A DNA stretch of 64,000 bases from Epiperipatus broadwayi. Lineage: Eukaryota > Animalia > Onychophora. A program made the translations under genes and the position numbers. The stretch spans positions 12,896,001-12,960,000 of the forward strand of contig JAQFVV010000004.1 in assembly GCA_028023455.1 (NCBI GenBank), written 5' to 3'. This document shows, piece after piece, positions 38,964 to 52,649 of the stretch; the first letter of the stretch is position 1, and each line of letters opens with the position of its first letter. The notes beneath the pieces were generated by a model. The model made no database searches. It was not told the DNA's origin and saw only the letters and a list, made by a program, of their open reading frames with translations.

Positions 38964-41900
38964 TATATATGATGGCACTGTTAGTAATTTAAATATTGCT
39001 GGGTTTGAACCCTTGTACATGTTAGTTTATTTTAGGTAGGAAAACATGAAGCTCACTCTGACTACAGAGTGATTGCTTCAATACAAATGTCAAATGATTT
39101 GTAAATTTTCATCCTCATCTGCCTAAACTATTATTTTGACAATGGGTGACAATGTAGTTAAACCATTTCAAGACTATTTTCTTCTCTGTTTTTCTACATG
39201 TTTACAATACTGCTAACTCCATGTATTCTGTGATGTTTGCATTGATGTCAATCTTGGCATCCTTTTCTTGACCCATTCACATTTCCATTTATGATTCTCC
39301 ACTGTGCCATCTTGTCATATATCCAAAATATTATTGGGTTCTTCATTTTTATCATTCCCACCCTGCCTCACCAAAACCCATTCGTTAGTTTTTTTTAGCT
39401 ATCTAAGATTTCTCAATTATTTCAAAAATATCAATTTGAATGTGACTGTCTTCTTAATATTTTTTGACATTCTTACATCTTCCTACTGATTTTCTTTGTT
39501 GAATCTATTAAAGACTTTATTGTCTTGAAATAATATATTTTCTGATGGACAAAATGCAGTCTGTTTGTAATGTGTTTTTATTTTAATGCTTTTATGTCCA
39601 TATGGATGTCATTATTCAATGGATAAAATAATCTGTAAAACCAATGGGAAATTTTTTTTTTTTTTTAAATGTAACTTGATTTTGTAGTGCCTTCAGAGAA
39701 GTATATAGGTAAATTATTTAAAATATACAATTAACTACATTTTTAAAAATTCAATATTCTTCACAACCTCCTAACAAACCATATAATTATATAAATTGTA
39801 AAGAAGTAAGAGTGTTGATTGATGATTTTAGCTGTGGTAATCTCTTATCTGTAATTATTAAACTGTCCAGCACTGAATATTCTTTTTAAATGATAAATTA
39901 ATATTTAATATATTTATCAGGTGGTTGGCTTTTTACAGTAATAAAAAAATGATCAGAAATTTTGCTGTCTTGTAAGATAAAATATTAAGGGAAAAACAAT
40001 CTTTAAATAATCCACTGCAAGGCTAGAATCCTTCTACAGAGAAATATTAGTCATCAGACTTAGTCAATGTCGGGGGGGGGGGGTATTCTCTAGCTAAGAT
40101 TATCTGGATATCTATTTAGAAACAGCTAAGTGAGTTGCCATGGTACATCTGTCTGAAAGAAAAATCTTAATTCTGCTTGAAATTTGAAATTCTTTCAAAG
40201 TTTTATCCAGCCTGAATTCAAATTAATGACCCAAGGTGATTGTGTAAATTACTATGCCACAAAGCTGTGTCTATTGCAAATAATGCAAAAGATTTTAAAT
40301 TTGTAATAATATATCAAATTTTAACTAAAAGTATAGTGAATTTGAATAGATAAAATATTACTCAGTTTTCATATTATTATTTTTTAAAAAAAAAAGTAAG
40401 CTTTTTTGCAAAAAAAAAATAAAAAATATAATTATTTTCAATTATTTTAATATATATATACCATGTGAAAATCATATGAAATATCTCCTTTTTTTAAAAA
40501 AAAAAATTAAAATGAAATTCTCAATTTGTTTTTGATGAATTATAAATTAAAATGCTTAATCCATCTTAGATTTAAAAAGATTTCCTGGCTAAGTGACAGT
40601 AATACTTTATGTTAAAGCCATATGTATAAGCATAAATCATCAATGGACACACTTCCTAGCACAAACAGTTCTCCAGACTAATGAAATAATAATTTTATGA
40701 CCATTTTTTGTTTATGTCTTTATAATGAAAATGAGAAATATGAGGCTAAGATATTGGAACCAATCAAACAGTTTTTATTAAAATAGGATAAGAAAAAAAA
40801 ATTAGGGTTTGGGAAAAGAGTTATTTCATGGAATTAGAAATAAATGAGATTATTATTATGGTTTCAGAGGGAAGGAGTTTGTTAATAAGATCTCTGGGCA
40901 TATGGCTTATGTATAAAAAATTGTCACTTTGTCCTAGGAGAATCCATTTTACATCACATTACATGATATTCATTTTCCAGATATTGTAATGTTTGCTTTG
41001 ATTCATTGATATTTTCAAGTTCATTTGAACGCTTCTTTGGGTATTGATCTTGTGAATTATGTTAAGATGTAATTTTTTAATTCTCTAAATAGATTTATAT
41101 TCTTTATGTTACATATTTGATAAGCTATTAAATTATGCACTTTTAAAATCATTATGTAGTGAGGGAAAAACTGCTGGATGAAACTGCTGGATCATACTAT
41201 AAAAATAAATAAAATCATATTTAATATTTTAAAAAAGATTAGATTTTCTTTTAAACATCCTTAAAAAGTAAATATTTTGAGTGACTTAAGAAAATCGGAA
41301 GCAAGCTGTTTAGGTTTGAGTGGTTGTACTGAGATGACTCAAATTCTTAGCATCCAAGTATATATTCTAAGATTCGAAAATAATTATGACAAAAGTAATA
41401 CTATTTTTAATTTAAATAGGAAAAATATGAATTGTTAAAAATAATTATAGAATAACAACAAAAAAACGTTTTTAACTCAGTATGGTTTAATTATCTCATG
41501 AAAAAGCAAAGCTATTAGGATTATAATCACTATTTAATTAATGGAAAACTAATAAACCTCTTCCAGATGTTGAGAAATTTATTATTTCTAACTTTTTTTT
41601 GAAGGCTTCTGCTTTTATACTACCCAATGATTTTTATTCTATTTTAGGTGTGATATATTGCATGCATCATATATATATAAGCTTCTGTTTTGATCAGGCT
41701 TGGAACAGAATCTTATATGCAAAAGACTAAAATAAAGAATATACTAAATTAACAAATATCTATTTGTAACTGTTCTCTATTAGAAACCCCCCCCCCTTCA
41801 TTATTCTTAATAGTTTTATTATTCAATTTATTGTTTCATCTTTTGATAGTGTTAGAAATTTAATAATAATACAAATTCTTACATTAAGAGAATGAGGAAG

Positions 41901-42400
41901 AATTAATATGGTTATAATAGATTCTAAAATATGTCTGTTAATGAAAATGATTTTCAAATACATTCAGGCTTAAATATTTTAGGAAGACTATTTATTTGGG
42001 GGCTGTTAAATGTTTACAATTTGTAGGTATTAAAAAAATATATCATTTAAAAGTATAGTTATTAAAGAACAAAAATGTATATAGATTTCAAAGATGGAAC
42101 ATCAGGGAAATCCTCAGCACTTAGTAATTGGCAGGCTTGAATGTCTTTATCAATAAGGAATTGGCCATTGGATAAGAACTGTTTAAAGACTTCTATTTTT
42201 TTATGAGCATATTATAATAATATTCCACAATTTTACAGTGATACCAATAATAGCAAAAAAAATTAAGTCATCCATCATATGACTTAATTTAATAAGCTTG
42301 TATTGCAAATGTAATATAACGAGTGTGCTAATAGTTATACTCAAGCTTTTCTGATAAATGCTACAAGAGAAAGCATTTAAAATCTAACTAGAATTATCCT

Positions 42401-42446
42401 TATCCCCAAACCGGTTTCAAGCTACTGGCTCTCCTCAGTGAGATAC
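42401..42446 (-). ncRNA. intact minimal type-I hammerhead ribozyme motif
   Basis: GTATCTCA-CTGAGGA-GAGC CAGTA GCTT-GAAA CCGG TT-TGGGGATA: canonical core, 4-bp stem II, palindromic ACCGGT stem III, at least 5-bp stem I. Confidence 0.8.
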
Positions 42447-43509
42447 TAGGATATTCAGACACTAGCTTTAAAATACCAGCTCAAGCTCAGCATACTTAAC
42501 TATTAAGTAGAAAATCTGAAATTTTCAGATATCCATATATCTTCAAATCTAGTTATCTAATTTAAATAACAGGATAGGCAGTGAATTGTTGCCATTTTTA
42601 TCTCTGCATACCCAAACAAAATAAAATTTTTATATTTATATGACTGGACAAAACTTCTCAGCAATATAAAAATATTAGACATTGTTTATTGGTCCAAACA
42701 TTGGAATTAAAAGATTGTAAATATGAAAACATCATAATAATATCAATAGCTTTGTAAATCTTAACTTATTCAAACTTATATCTCAGAGAGCAAGGATTAA
42801 GGCTCCTATCATTATAAACCACTGGATCTAAGGATATATAGAAGACTTTATAGGTTACTCATTGCACAAAGTAGAATAGTTTATTATAGATATACATTGG
42901 TTAATTGATAAGCTTTAGCATTTTTTTATTAACTTTTGCAAATTAAATTATTCATTTTCTATTTTAAACACACACGTGAACATACATAGACATTCAGATA
43001 TAGATTATATAGAATAAGCACAATCTGGAAAATAAAAAAAGAACAGTTTAAAATATCTAGTTTTTAAAAGTTAACTTTTTTCAAAGATATCCGTCTGCCT
43101 TTTACTTTAAATAATGAAGATCTTTGATAAATATTTGTTTTAGAAATGTCATGTTTAAACTTATTAAGAGATGACTTTTTTTGAAAGCTTTTTGATAAGA
43201 AAAAAAATCAAATCATTCTTACATTTTTTTAAACCAAGTCAAAGAAGATAGGTACCCACGCATGTATGCATACACACATACATGTATGTATCTAATGTAT
43301 ATAAATGTTTCATACAAATAGAAAACTAGCAATCTAAAAATGTGAATTTTTGTTTACTTTTATCTACATCAGTTACTTTCAACATAGTGTAGAGGCGGAA
43401 CTACTTATGCCTTATGTATAAATTTATTTTAATCATTTGTTGCCTCTTTGATTTTATATTGTGATATACTCCTTCATCATAATTTGGTACTGCTTGGATG
43501 CTATGCTCA

Positions 43510-43803
43510 TCACACATTTTTCAAGCCATCCTTGTTTAAATTTTCTTATGAGTCTTTAGAATGATTCTTTGACTAATTATTAAATAAATAAGATATGAAA
43601 AATAGATAACAAACTACCATTATTAAAGTCATTAAGAGAATTGTAATTTTTAAGTTGTGTTGATTATTACAATTCTCTTAATGACTTTAATAATGGTAGT
43701 TTATTATCTATTTTTCATATCTTATTTATTTAATAATTAGTCAAAGAATCATCCTAAAGACTCATAAGAAAACTTAAACAAGGATGGCTTGAAAAATGTG
43801 TGA
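43510..43803. repeat. near-perfect hairpin, 138-bp arms, 18-nt loop
   Basis: 43510-43647 vs 43666-43803, 3 mismatches by eye. Confidence 0.9.
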
Positions 43804-44225
43804 ATGAATTTATGATAGCTCTAAGAATAATTTTACTTTTAGTGAATAGGATTGCTTTTAATTCATTTTTACTTAAAACCAAAAAGCAAAAGACTGCCTT
43901 AATTGTGTTTGGAATATTGGGTTGTCTAGTAAAGTTGGTGTCATTATTATTTATGGGATTGGATTATTTGTTATTCTTAAATAGAGACTATGCATTTCTC
44001 TTCTTCAGAACAAATCAGCTGGTTGAGAGTAGATAATGTAATGTGGATGTTGTTACTAAATATTTTGATCCAAAGAAAGCAGGAAGAATTATTAATATCA
44101 AGTACTTTATATTTATCCATCTGCTTTTAAAAGTTATTATCAACTTATCAAAAGAAATATAGTTTAATAGTTTTATTAAGGTATAAGAATGAAATGTATG
44201 TTTTTGATATTGAATATTGAACTAT

Positions 44226-44965
44226 TATTAAAACAGGCAAAACTCTCTATATGTATTGGCACTCAGTGCAAGCCAAAGTAATCAATGGATTCCAGAAGGC
44301 TTGTGCATAAAATCTCCATCTAGTGCCTACTCATCCAATATTCCCAGACTAGTTTCTGGCTTGTGCCCTTTGTCAGTGAGGAGCCTTGGATCTGAGGGCA
44401 CTGCACCTAGATCTTAGGATCTAATGTAACCCTCCAGCAGCATCTTTTATCTCTACTTAACTACAAAACTATGAGACTTAAATTGAAAACACTATAATAT
44501 TTTCAATTCAAACTCATCAGCTTATATAGTCATATAGGTCTGAACTCATTTCAGTACCTATACATTTTGGTGTCTTTGGTTCTTTAATAGTAGGCAAGAT
44601 TGGTTTTAAGCCAATAAACATCACATGGTAAGCTGATGAACTTGAATGGAAAATATTATAGTGTTTTCAATTTAAGTCTCATAGTTTTGTAGTTAAGTAG
44701 AGATAAAAGATGGCTGCTGGAGGTTTGCATTATATCCCAAGATCTAGGTGCATTGCTCTCAGATCCAAAGCTCCTCATTGACAAAGGGCACAAGCCAGAA
44801 ACTAGTCTGGGGATATTGGATGAGTAGGCCCTAGATGGGGATTTTATGCACAAGCCTTCTGGCATCCATTGATTACTCTGGCTTGCACTGAGTGGCAATA
44901 CATATAGAGAGTTTTGCCTGTTTTAATAATAGTTAAAAGCAAGCATAAAAAAATGGTGATCATGT
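44226..44965. mobile_element. Family A large fold-back (~305-bp arms) with 13-bp TSD
   Basis: Arms 44220-44524 / 44629-44934, each with a decayed HHR; aatattgaactat at 44213-44225 and 44966-44978. Confidence 0.88.
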
Positions 44966-45070
44966 AATATTGAACTATGTAATTATCATTAGCAATCATT
45001 GGTAATTAAGTATAATCTTTTTACTTTACGAACGATTATAACTTTATCTTTCTTATTGCATTGCCAAATC

Positions 45071-45210
45071 TATATAATATTAATATCATTTGTGTTCTTT
45101 ATTACTTTTTACAATCCACTATTGATTGTTTCAATTGCTGGGGCAATCAAAACTGTCAATAGTGGATTGTAAAAAGTAATAAAAAACATACTTGATGTTA
45201 ATATTATATA
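45071..45210. repeat. family E fold-back whose inversion point lies in HHR stem II
   Basis: Arms of ~60 bp; ATTGC TGGG GCAATC AAAAC TGTC matches the HHR remnants at 63446-63661. Confidence 0.6.
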
Positions 45211-47734
45211 ATCAGTCTAACTACAGGGAAAAAACAAAACCATAGATAGAAAAACATACATTTGTAAATTTAAAAAAAAGGATTTTCTATATTTCATTAT
45301 CAATTACTTCTATTTTTGGTTATAATTAAAGAATGTTTGCTTTTTTAAAATAATAAAGTTTCATAGTATGTTTTGGTACTTATATATTAGTTGGACACTA
45401 AGATTGATTATGGATAAAAAATTCCTGAGAGAAATAAAAATTTAAAATTTCTGATTTAAAAAAAAAAAAAAAACTGATTACATCTTTAATTAGATAAATT
45501 CTAATTATAGATAAAATTAAGTACTTATTTTATTTTAACTTACATTTTTTTTTATAAATGTACAACACATTGCTTTTACAAACTTTGATTTTAAAAAAAA
45601 GAGACAAACTGCCCTCAATCCTTCCTATTAATATTCTGTATGCATGTTTATGAATATTCTTGCTGATTTGTCAGGATTTTTCTTTAAAAGTCACATATAA
45701 TTTGTGGAAACAAATTAATTAAACCATTTATCTGTAATCAATCTTAGTTCCAAACTACTTCTTAGCTACCCGGAAGAATGTCTTTTAGACCGTTTTGAAA
45801 AGAATATATTAATAACTTCAATCAAATGATACTTGTGACAAACATTTAGAAAACTAAGCCATGAACTTCATCTGTAGTATTGGTGTTATAATTCCAATGT
45901 CCAAACACTCATTTGCATATAGTCTTTAGTAGATTGTCAAGAACATATTTCTTATATTATTCGTCAGAGTATTGATCCAGAACAATCTTTATTAAAATTT
46001 TTGTGAAATAAAATTCAAACGAGTTTGCTCAAATGCAAGCTTGACAAAATTTTAAAACATAATTTGATGTAGTTGCATGAGGGTGGTGGTTACTTTCAAT
46101 CACATATTGACAGACTGAAGATATCAGTTAAATTTGAAGGATATTTTTTTTTATTACTTATTTTAGATGGCAGTTAATTCAGAAATTTTAGCATTTGATT
46201 TGAGCACTTTCATAAACTATGCCAAATCATGATAAGAAATCATAAGTTGTGACTCGTAAAGAAAACATTATTATTAATCTTTGAATTCTCTTTTACATCA
46301 AAGATATTGCAAATAATCAAATATTAATTAAAGTGGTATAAGCTTTTCCAAGCGTTATCTATAAATCATACTTCATCTATTGCTACATGGATGAAAAAAG
46401 TTGACCAATCTCTGCAGGACATTTTTTCGATTCAATTGTCCTTATCAATTACCACGAGAAGGTCAATCCCACTTCAAATACAGAAACTTCATTTCTACTT
46501 AAACATAACTATTATGATGCATTTGACATTAAAGCTTGAATTTTAATTTAGTAGTCTTTTAACAATGTTTTTTTAACATGAACATACGCTCAAGATAGAG
46601 CTATATAAATTTATTTTTTTTCCCACAGATCCTTGCATAATAAAGTAGATACCTAAATATGTAATAAAATAAATTAGTGACACTATAAATAATATAATGC
46701 CATTTGCAAATTATATTTTATCAGGTACTATATTAATGAAATAAATTGAACAAACTCTGCAGGTGACATGTTTCGGATTCAAGACTTTTTGAGAAAATTA
46801 GTTTTGTAGCTCTACTTTGTGTATATACGAGTCTTTGTGAAATAGACATTATTAAAATAAGACTATTACTAAGTTAAAGATTTAAATTTTAACATCAAAT
46901 GGATCATATTGCTGATATTTAAATAGAAATAGAGACCGTTGCTATGTCTCATCTTGAATGGGTATCCTCTCATGGTAATCAATAAAGACAATTGATTCTG
47001 AAGCATATGTGTTGCAAAGCTTAGTCAATTTTTTTTTATTAAAATATTAGATAATTTAAGGTTTGCACTTTGAAGAGTTTATATCAATTCAATTCATTAC
47101 GTTCTTTATAATGCCACTATTTTTTGCATTAGCTATTTTAATTATAAGTGAAGTTTTTATTTTTTTATTAGAAGAAGAAAAGCATATAATGTATATTGTA
47201 GTAATAAAAAAATATGTGAAAGTAAAATTACCATCCTAATGAAATTAACTGATTAGCTCTTTGATATATTATTTTCAATTTTATACAATCATTTTTGTTA
47301 CATCAAAAATATATTTAAATTATTTTATTATAGCTTTTTTGATTAATCATTGATATGCTGTAAATTTGTTTTAAATATATATATATAAAAGAAATTTTAT
47401 ATTAGACCTCCACTACTACTATACTATGGTTACATTATAATATGTGTGTGGAAATTTTTAATGATTAGTATAAATTTCTGAAAGTTGTTAAGAAGTTAAA
47501 CTGATGACAATTGCAAAACGTTTTCAGTAAAGTAATTCATAAGACATTTCTGAAGGCAGCGCTAATTTTTTATTAAAAGCATTTGTCTGTGCCTTCAGTC
47601 TTACCATGTGTGAGTGTGTTGACACACTTCTGTTGTTAAAAGATTGCCATGACAACAGTTTGAAATTCTTAATTATTATTTATATTGGGATTGTATAAGT
47701 GTTGACTGGTTTCTAATAGTTTTATATATCTATG

Positions 47735-47803
47735 TTTATAAAAATGCAATACAGAGAGCATACCGATAGCTCAAACAATCTCTCTGTATTGCATTTTTGT
47801 AAA
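47735..47803. repeat. 24-bp-arm hairpin 64 nt upstream of the last TMEM208 acceptor
   Basis: tttataaaaatgcaatacagagag / ctctctgtattgcatttttgtaaa. Confidence 0.7.
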
Positions 47804-47867
47804 TACAAGCTTATAAAAGTAATGTCACATTATATACGTGTGTGAAATGTATATGTTATTTTTTTAG

Positions 47868-47993
47868 GCACCAATTAGAGCTTTCTATCTACTTTGGGTT
47901 AATATTATATATCCTTGGATTCAACAACCTGGAATGGAAGTGGGTGAGAAAAAACAGAAAAAAATGGAAAGACGTTTGCGACGTCAACACTAG
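47868..47993 (+). CDS. TMEM208: TMEM208 terminal coding exon (41 aa + TAG)
   Basis: ttttttttag acceptor, phase 0 as required by the donor at 3917. Reads APIRAFYLLWVNIIYPWIQQPGMEVGEKKQKKMERRLRRQH* (cf. human APGRALYLLWVNVLGPW...EKRQRRQERR). Confidence 0.93.
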   Translation, partial: APIRAFYLLWVNIIYPWIQQPGMEVGEKKQKKMERRLRRQH

Positions 47994-48044
47994 CATTTTT
48001 TTTTTCTTTTTTGTAATGTAAAATGTTGTACAGATTGTTTTCTT

Positions 48045-48050
48045 AATAAA
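48045..48050 (+). promoter_or_regulatory. candidate polyadenylation signal of TMEM208
   Basis: AATAAA 52 nt after the stop codon, followed by T-rich sequence. Confidence 0.55.
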
Positions 48051-48468
48051 CTTTTACATTTATTTTTATTAATATTTGTTGCTCTTTTTTAATATAATTT
48101 AATTTAAATTTATTGCCATTGTAAATCCTGAAAAAAAAAAACCATCAGGAATTAAATATTTTATACGCATGCACACAGATATATACATGTATAACTCATT
48201 ACTCTAGAAACTGCTATTTTGACTACTCTTTTTTTAACTATGAAGAAATTCAAATTTTTATCAATAGTAGATTTCATTATTTTAATAGGACTTACAATTT
48301 ATTTATCATTCTTTAGATTATATTGAACACACACCCACAATTTCAATAAATATCTGTAATTTAATAAATCTAACTGATATGAATTCCAAAATTTTTAACT
48401 TTGTATTTTTAGCTTGACAATTGTTCTACTTAATTCATGATTTGTTTTTGGCCTACAAAATATCAATT

Positions 48469-48649
48469 ATAACATATAATAACCACATTCCACTCTTTTT
48501 ACACTTTGAAGCAAAATATATTTATTAATATTACAGTTTCATAGATAATGAGATCTGATGAAGACTGCTAGGAAGTCGAAACTGTAATATTAATTTATTT
48601 ATTTTGCTTCAAAATGTAAAAAGAGTGGAAGGTTGTTATTATATGTTAT
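48469..48649. mobile_element. fold-back with hammerhead motif (family F)
   Basis: Arms 48469-48540 / 48578-48649; CTGATGA-A-GACT GCTAGGA AGTC-GAAAC T GTA at 48555-48586. Confidence 0.7.
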
Positions 48650-50185
48650 ATAGTAGAAAAGCAAAAATAAAGAGGAAGAGAAGTTATTGAAAAATATCAA
48701 TTAAAAAGCAGTCAGACATTTTTAAAAAATATTTAATTAAGATTGCAAGGAAAGAAATTTTAATTGCATTTTGAATTTTAAAAAATCAATTGGTAAAGTA
48801 TTTTTGCTACAAAAATAACATTAATTTACAGAATATAAAGTAAGTGGATTAAAATTAATAGTTGCAGTAGTTAATAACTATTTAATAAAGTGTGTAAAAA
48901 CTAAATATTTTTATATTTTTTATTTGCTATAAAGATGATAGAAGTATAATGTACAGAATGTATTGCAACTTATTAAAATAATTGATATTTTTATTAATCA
49001 TAAAGGTTGTTAAAAATGAGATTGTTATCTTTGTTTGATTATGAATTCAAATTAATAATATATTTCCATCTAATTTGAGTTTGCAATTTATCCCTAATCT
49101 CTGAATTTTCCAGAAAAACCAACCAGCCTTAATAAAATCAGTCTTTAAAAATAAATAGAGTACTTCATTCCTAGTGGTTTTCTGACAAAAGAAAGTGTGT
49201 ATATGCATTTCTACTGACATTTTATAGAAAATCTATATGCTTTCATTTCTATAATATTTATGTTTAATATTATATTTATTTAAAATTCGTCTAAATTTCC
49301 AGAAGCTTATACATTTTTTTAGAGATACAAGATGGTAAGAGGTATATTTTTGAATTATTAATACATTTTTTAACCTGCAACAGCTACATTGCAGTTTACA
49401 AATTTACAGACTACAGGTGATATCTATATCACTACTAAGAAGAATATTTGTTTTATATAAATATCTTTTGAAATTTTTTTTTTTATTATAAACATATTTA
49501 TGATACATTAAAATCTTTATACAAAAAAATTTAAAAAAATGTAGATATAAAATCACAAAAATGTGGAAATAAAATTATTTTTGTTTAGTTGATTGACTTA
49601 TTACAGTCAGTTATAATTAAATAAATTTGCTTTTTATTATTATACTCATTAGTTCTAATAAGTTTAAAAAATAGACAAAAACGATCATTTTAAAAAGTTA
49701 AAAATTTTTACAGTCATTTAGGCTACAAGTAATTAAAAAATGGGGCATAAAATTTATATTATGTAAACTAAATTCAAACTAATTTGATTTTTCTAAAATG
49801 AAGACTTACTTAGAAAGTAATGGACACCTGTTCGATTTAAAAAATATAAAATTAAGGTATTGAAAATTAATAGTGGTATCACATGCCATTTGTATCCAAT
49901 GACGAGGACTAATCAAAGAATTAATACAGAAGGCTAGGGAATTAAGAGTACAGATTAATATTGCTTCTATATGTATGGATAATAAAAATATCTTTTAAAA
50001 AATTTTGAGTAGAAATTAAAATTCAGTTTTTTAAAACATTTTAATTTAACCTAGAAACTATGTTTGTTTAATATAAATTTTTAACATTTCTATCAAGTAG
50101 ATTTCCTTCAAATTTTGTCCATGTTAGAAATCAATGATAATGTAATATGATAATGAATTTCAGGGATGTTCTGTCATTTGTTTAA

Positions 50186-51051
50186 TCCTATTGTATTTAG
50201 CTATTTCTGATGGGTTTTTTTTGTCTCACACTATCAACGTAAAATATATAATAAAATGACTTACATGTCAGAAAATAATAAATTTGACTTCATTCGATAG
50301 ATATTTTGGTCTACTATTGAAAAAATTTTTAAATGTTCACATTTTGTTTCTGTAAATATTAGAAAAATGTGACCGTAACCAAAACAAAAGACATGAGACA
50401 TCACCGTTTCTAGAAAGATTATTTTCAGTTTATGAAATACTTCTTGTTTCTCCTTATTTTTAAGAATCTGAATGAATATTTATTCATTTCTCTAATATCT
50501 AATGAATTATGCTTTAAAAGTTTAAATTTTTTGAATATTTATTGCAAAATTACAATATTTTCTTGATATTTTCTTACTTGTAAATAAAGTAGTTGTTTAT
50601 GTCAAGTAGAATTTTTTAATTTGCTTCAGGCCATATTTATGTTAGTTGCTAATATAACATATTTTTGAAAATAAAGTATTTAAAGTCAAAATAAGTTATT
50701 AATAATTTTTATTTCTTGATATTTAATAAATATAGTGCAAATTATTTTTAAAAAAATATCTAAAACTGTAATAAATTCACAAATGAACATGTTCTTGCAT
50801 CATTGGAAACTCCAATGTAAAACGCTGAATGTTGTACAGTCTTGTCAGCAGACAATGGCTGAACATGTCAGGGTGAGGTTTATGTCTATTGTAAGCGCGG
50901 GAATTTTGAATTTTCCGCTTTTTTCGGGAAAAAAAATTATAATAAAATATACTGTTTTACATGCATTTTAATGTATAATATTTACGAAAAAATTCACCAG
51001 GTGGCGAATTGATCAAAAGGCATTTCTCTGTCATTCTGAAAGTCAAATGGG
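50186..51051 (-). mobile_element. degenerate piggyBac-like remnant
   Basis: TTAA at 50182-50185 and 51052-51055, right end ...atgggTTAA; vestigial VMS / KISIE-like codons on the minus strand. Confidence 0.4.
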
Positions 51052-52649
51052 TTAATGTAACCATTTTGGCCGATCAAATTTCAAATATGATATCCATTTA
51101 ATAAATTACCAATGATGTGCACAAGAGAGTGGTATATATATATTTAAAAAAAACTATATTAGAAAGTGTTAATTATCAATTAAAATAGAAATAAAAACCT
51201 TTTTTTTGGCTGCAAAAGTTTTCTTTATTAACTATTTCAGTGGAACCCCCTGCCTGACATGCTTTGAATAGAATCTAGGGAATATTTTGTTAAATGTTCC
51301 TCCATATTACAAAATTTTGTTTTCACAATTGCACTTTTTTTCTATATCTTATATTTTAAAAAAATGTTTTATATTTAGTATATTTAAGTTTTCAAGTGAT
51401 TGTAATTAAAAAAATAACATTTGACATTTTAAAAAATATGAAAATGAAATTTTTATTAATAACAATGTAGCACACCACCATTGGACATAATTTGCCTGTT
51501 GAAAAAATTAGAGGAACAAAATATTAGAATTTTATCTTTATTAAAAGAATATATTTAGGATTAATTATCAAAGAAAGTAAAATAATTCTAAAAGTTAATA
51601 AATTATTTATTGCTATTAAAATTTTAAAGAACATTTTATTTACCTTTTTCACAAAAAATGATTTTTTTTTATCTTATAGAAGCTGCTTCCTGTTGCCATA
51701 AACTTTCTAAGAGATGTCTTTTCAAAAAAATGTTTTCAAAGATGATCCCCTATTAGTAACACATAGTTTTTGGTTTATCAACAAGTCTTTTACAAAAAGA
51801 TTGCATCATAATCATTAAATTGTGAACCAATTACTGAAAATTCACACTTTTTCTTTTATTTAGCCAGGCTAAAATAATCTTAAGCATTCAGCCAATCACA
51901 AATTGTCATTTCTAAGCCACCTCTTTCATAGCTTTGTCATAACAATAGGGCACTGTCACTTACAAAAAAAGATCCATATAATGCTGACATATTCAGGTTT
52001 TTTTTAAATTAATACATTAAAATAGTATCAGAGAAAAGGACAACAGTAAACCATTGCACACCATAATATAAGTTAGAGATACACTTTGAAACAATGTTGA
52101 AAGATAGTGATCACAGCACCATGTAATGCCTACAATGTCAAATAGCATAGACACTGATTGTATCCTGAATTTGTTAAAACACTTCTTTTATAATAAAATA
52201 TGTTGAAATTGATTTTTAATGCACATAAATTTTCCTTAAAATATTACACATAGTATGACATTGTTTTTACTCTCCATTTTAATAGGAGTAATTATAAAAA
52301 ATATTTGAATAATAAAAAGTTGAAAATAATATATATATATAAATATTTTATAATAAATGCTTTTATTTACTGTGCAAAAGCCAAAAATAATTGTTTTTTT
52401 AAAGTATAGTTGAGATTAAGTAAAAGAGTGGGATATCCATATATTAATTCAATCACTAATAAATTAATTATTTTCTGGACATCTCACACTTTTACTTCAG
52501 ATTAATATAAAAAACTATTGTGGTTAAAGAAAACAATTAGTTTTGGCATTTTAGTGCATAGTAAATAAAAGTATTATAAAATATTTTATATATATATTAT
52601 TATTTTTTTCAATGGTGTTTATAGAAAATAAAGTAGTGATAACTGGACT

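Noticed and set aside
44505-44525. Second HHR-like motif in family A (CTGATGAG...GAAAATATTA)
   Set aside because: Stem II and stem I do not pair convincingly in any copy.
45750-46480. Possible decayed DNA-transposase frame on the minus strand
   Set aside because: Protein-like fragments but no motif I can assign with confidence; needs a BLASTx search.
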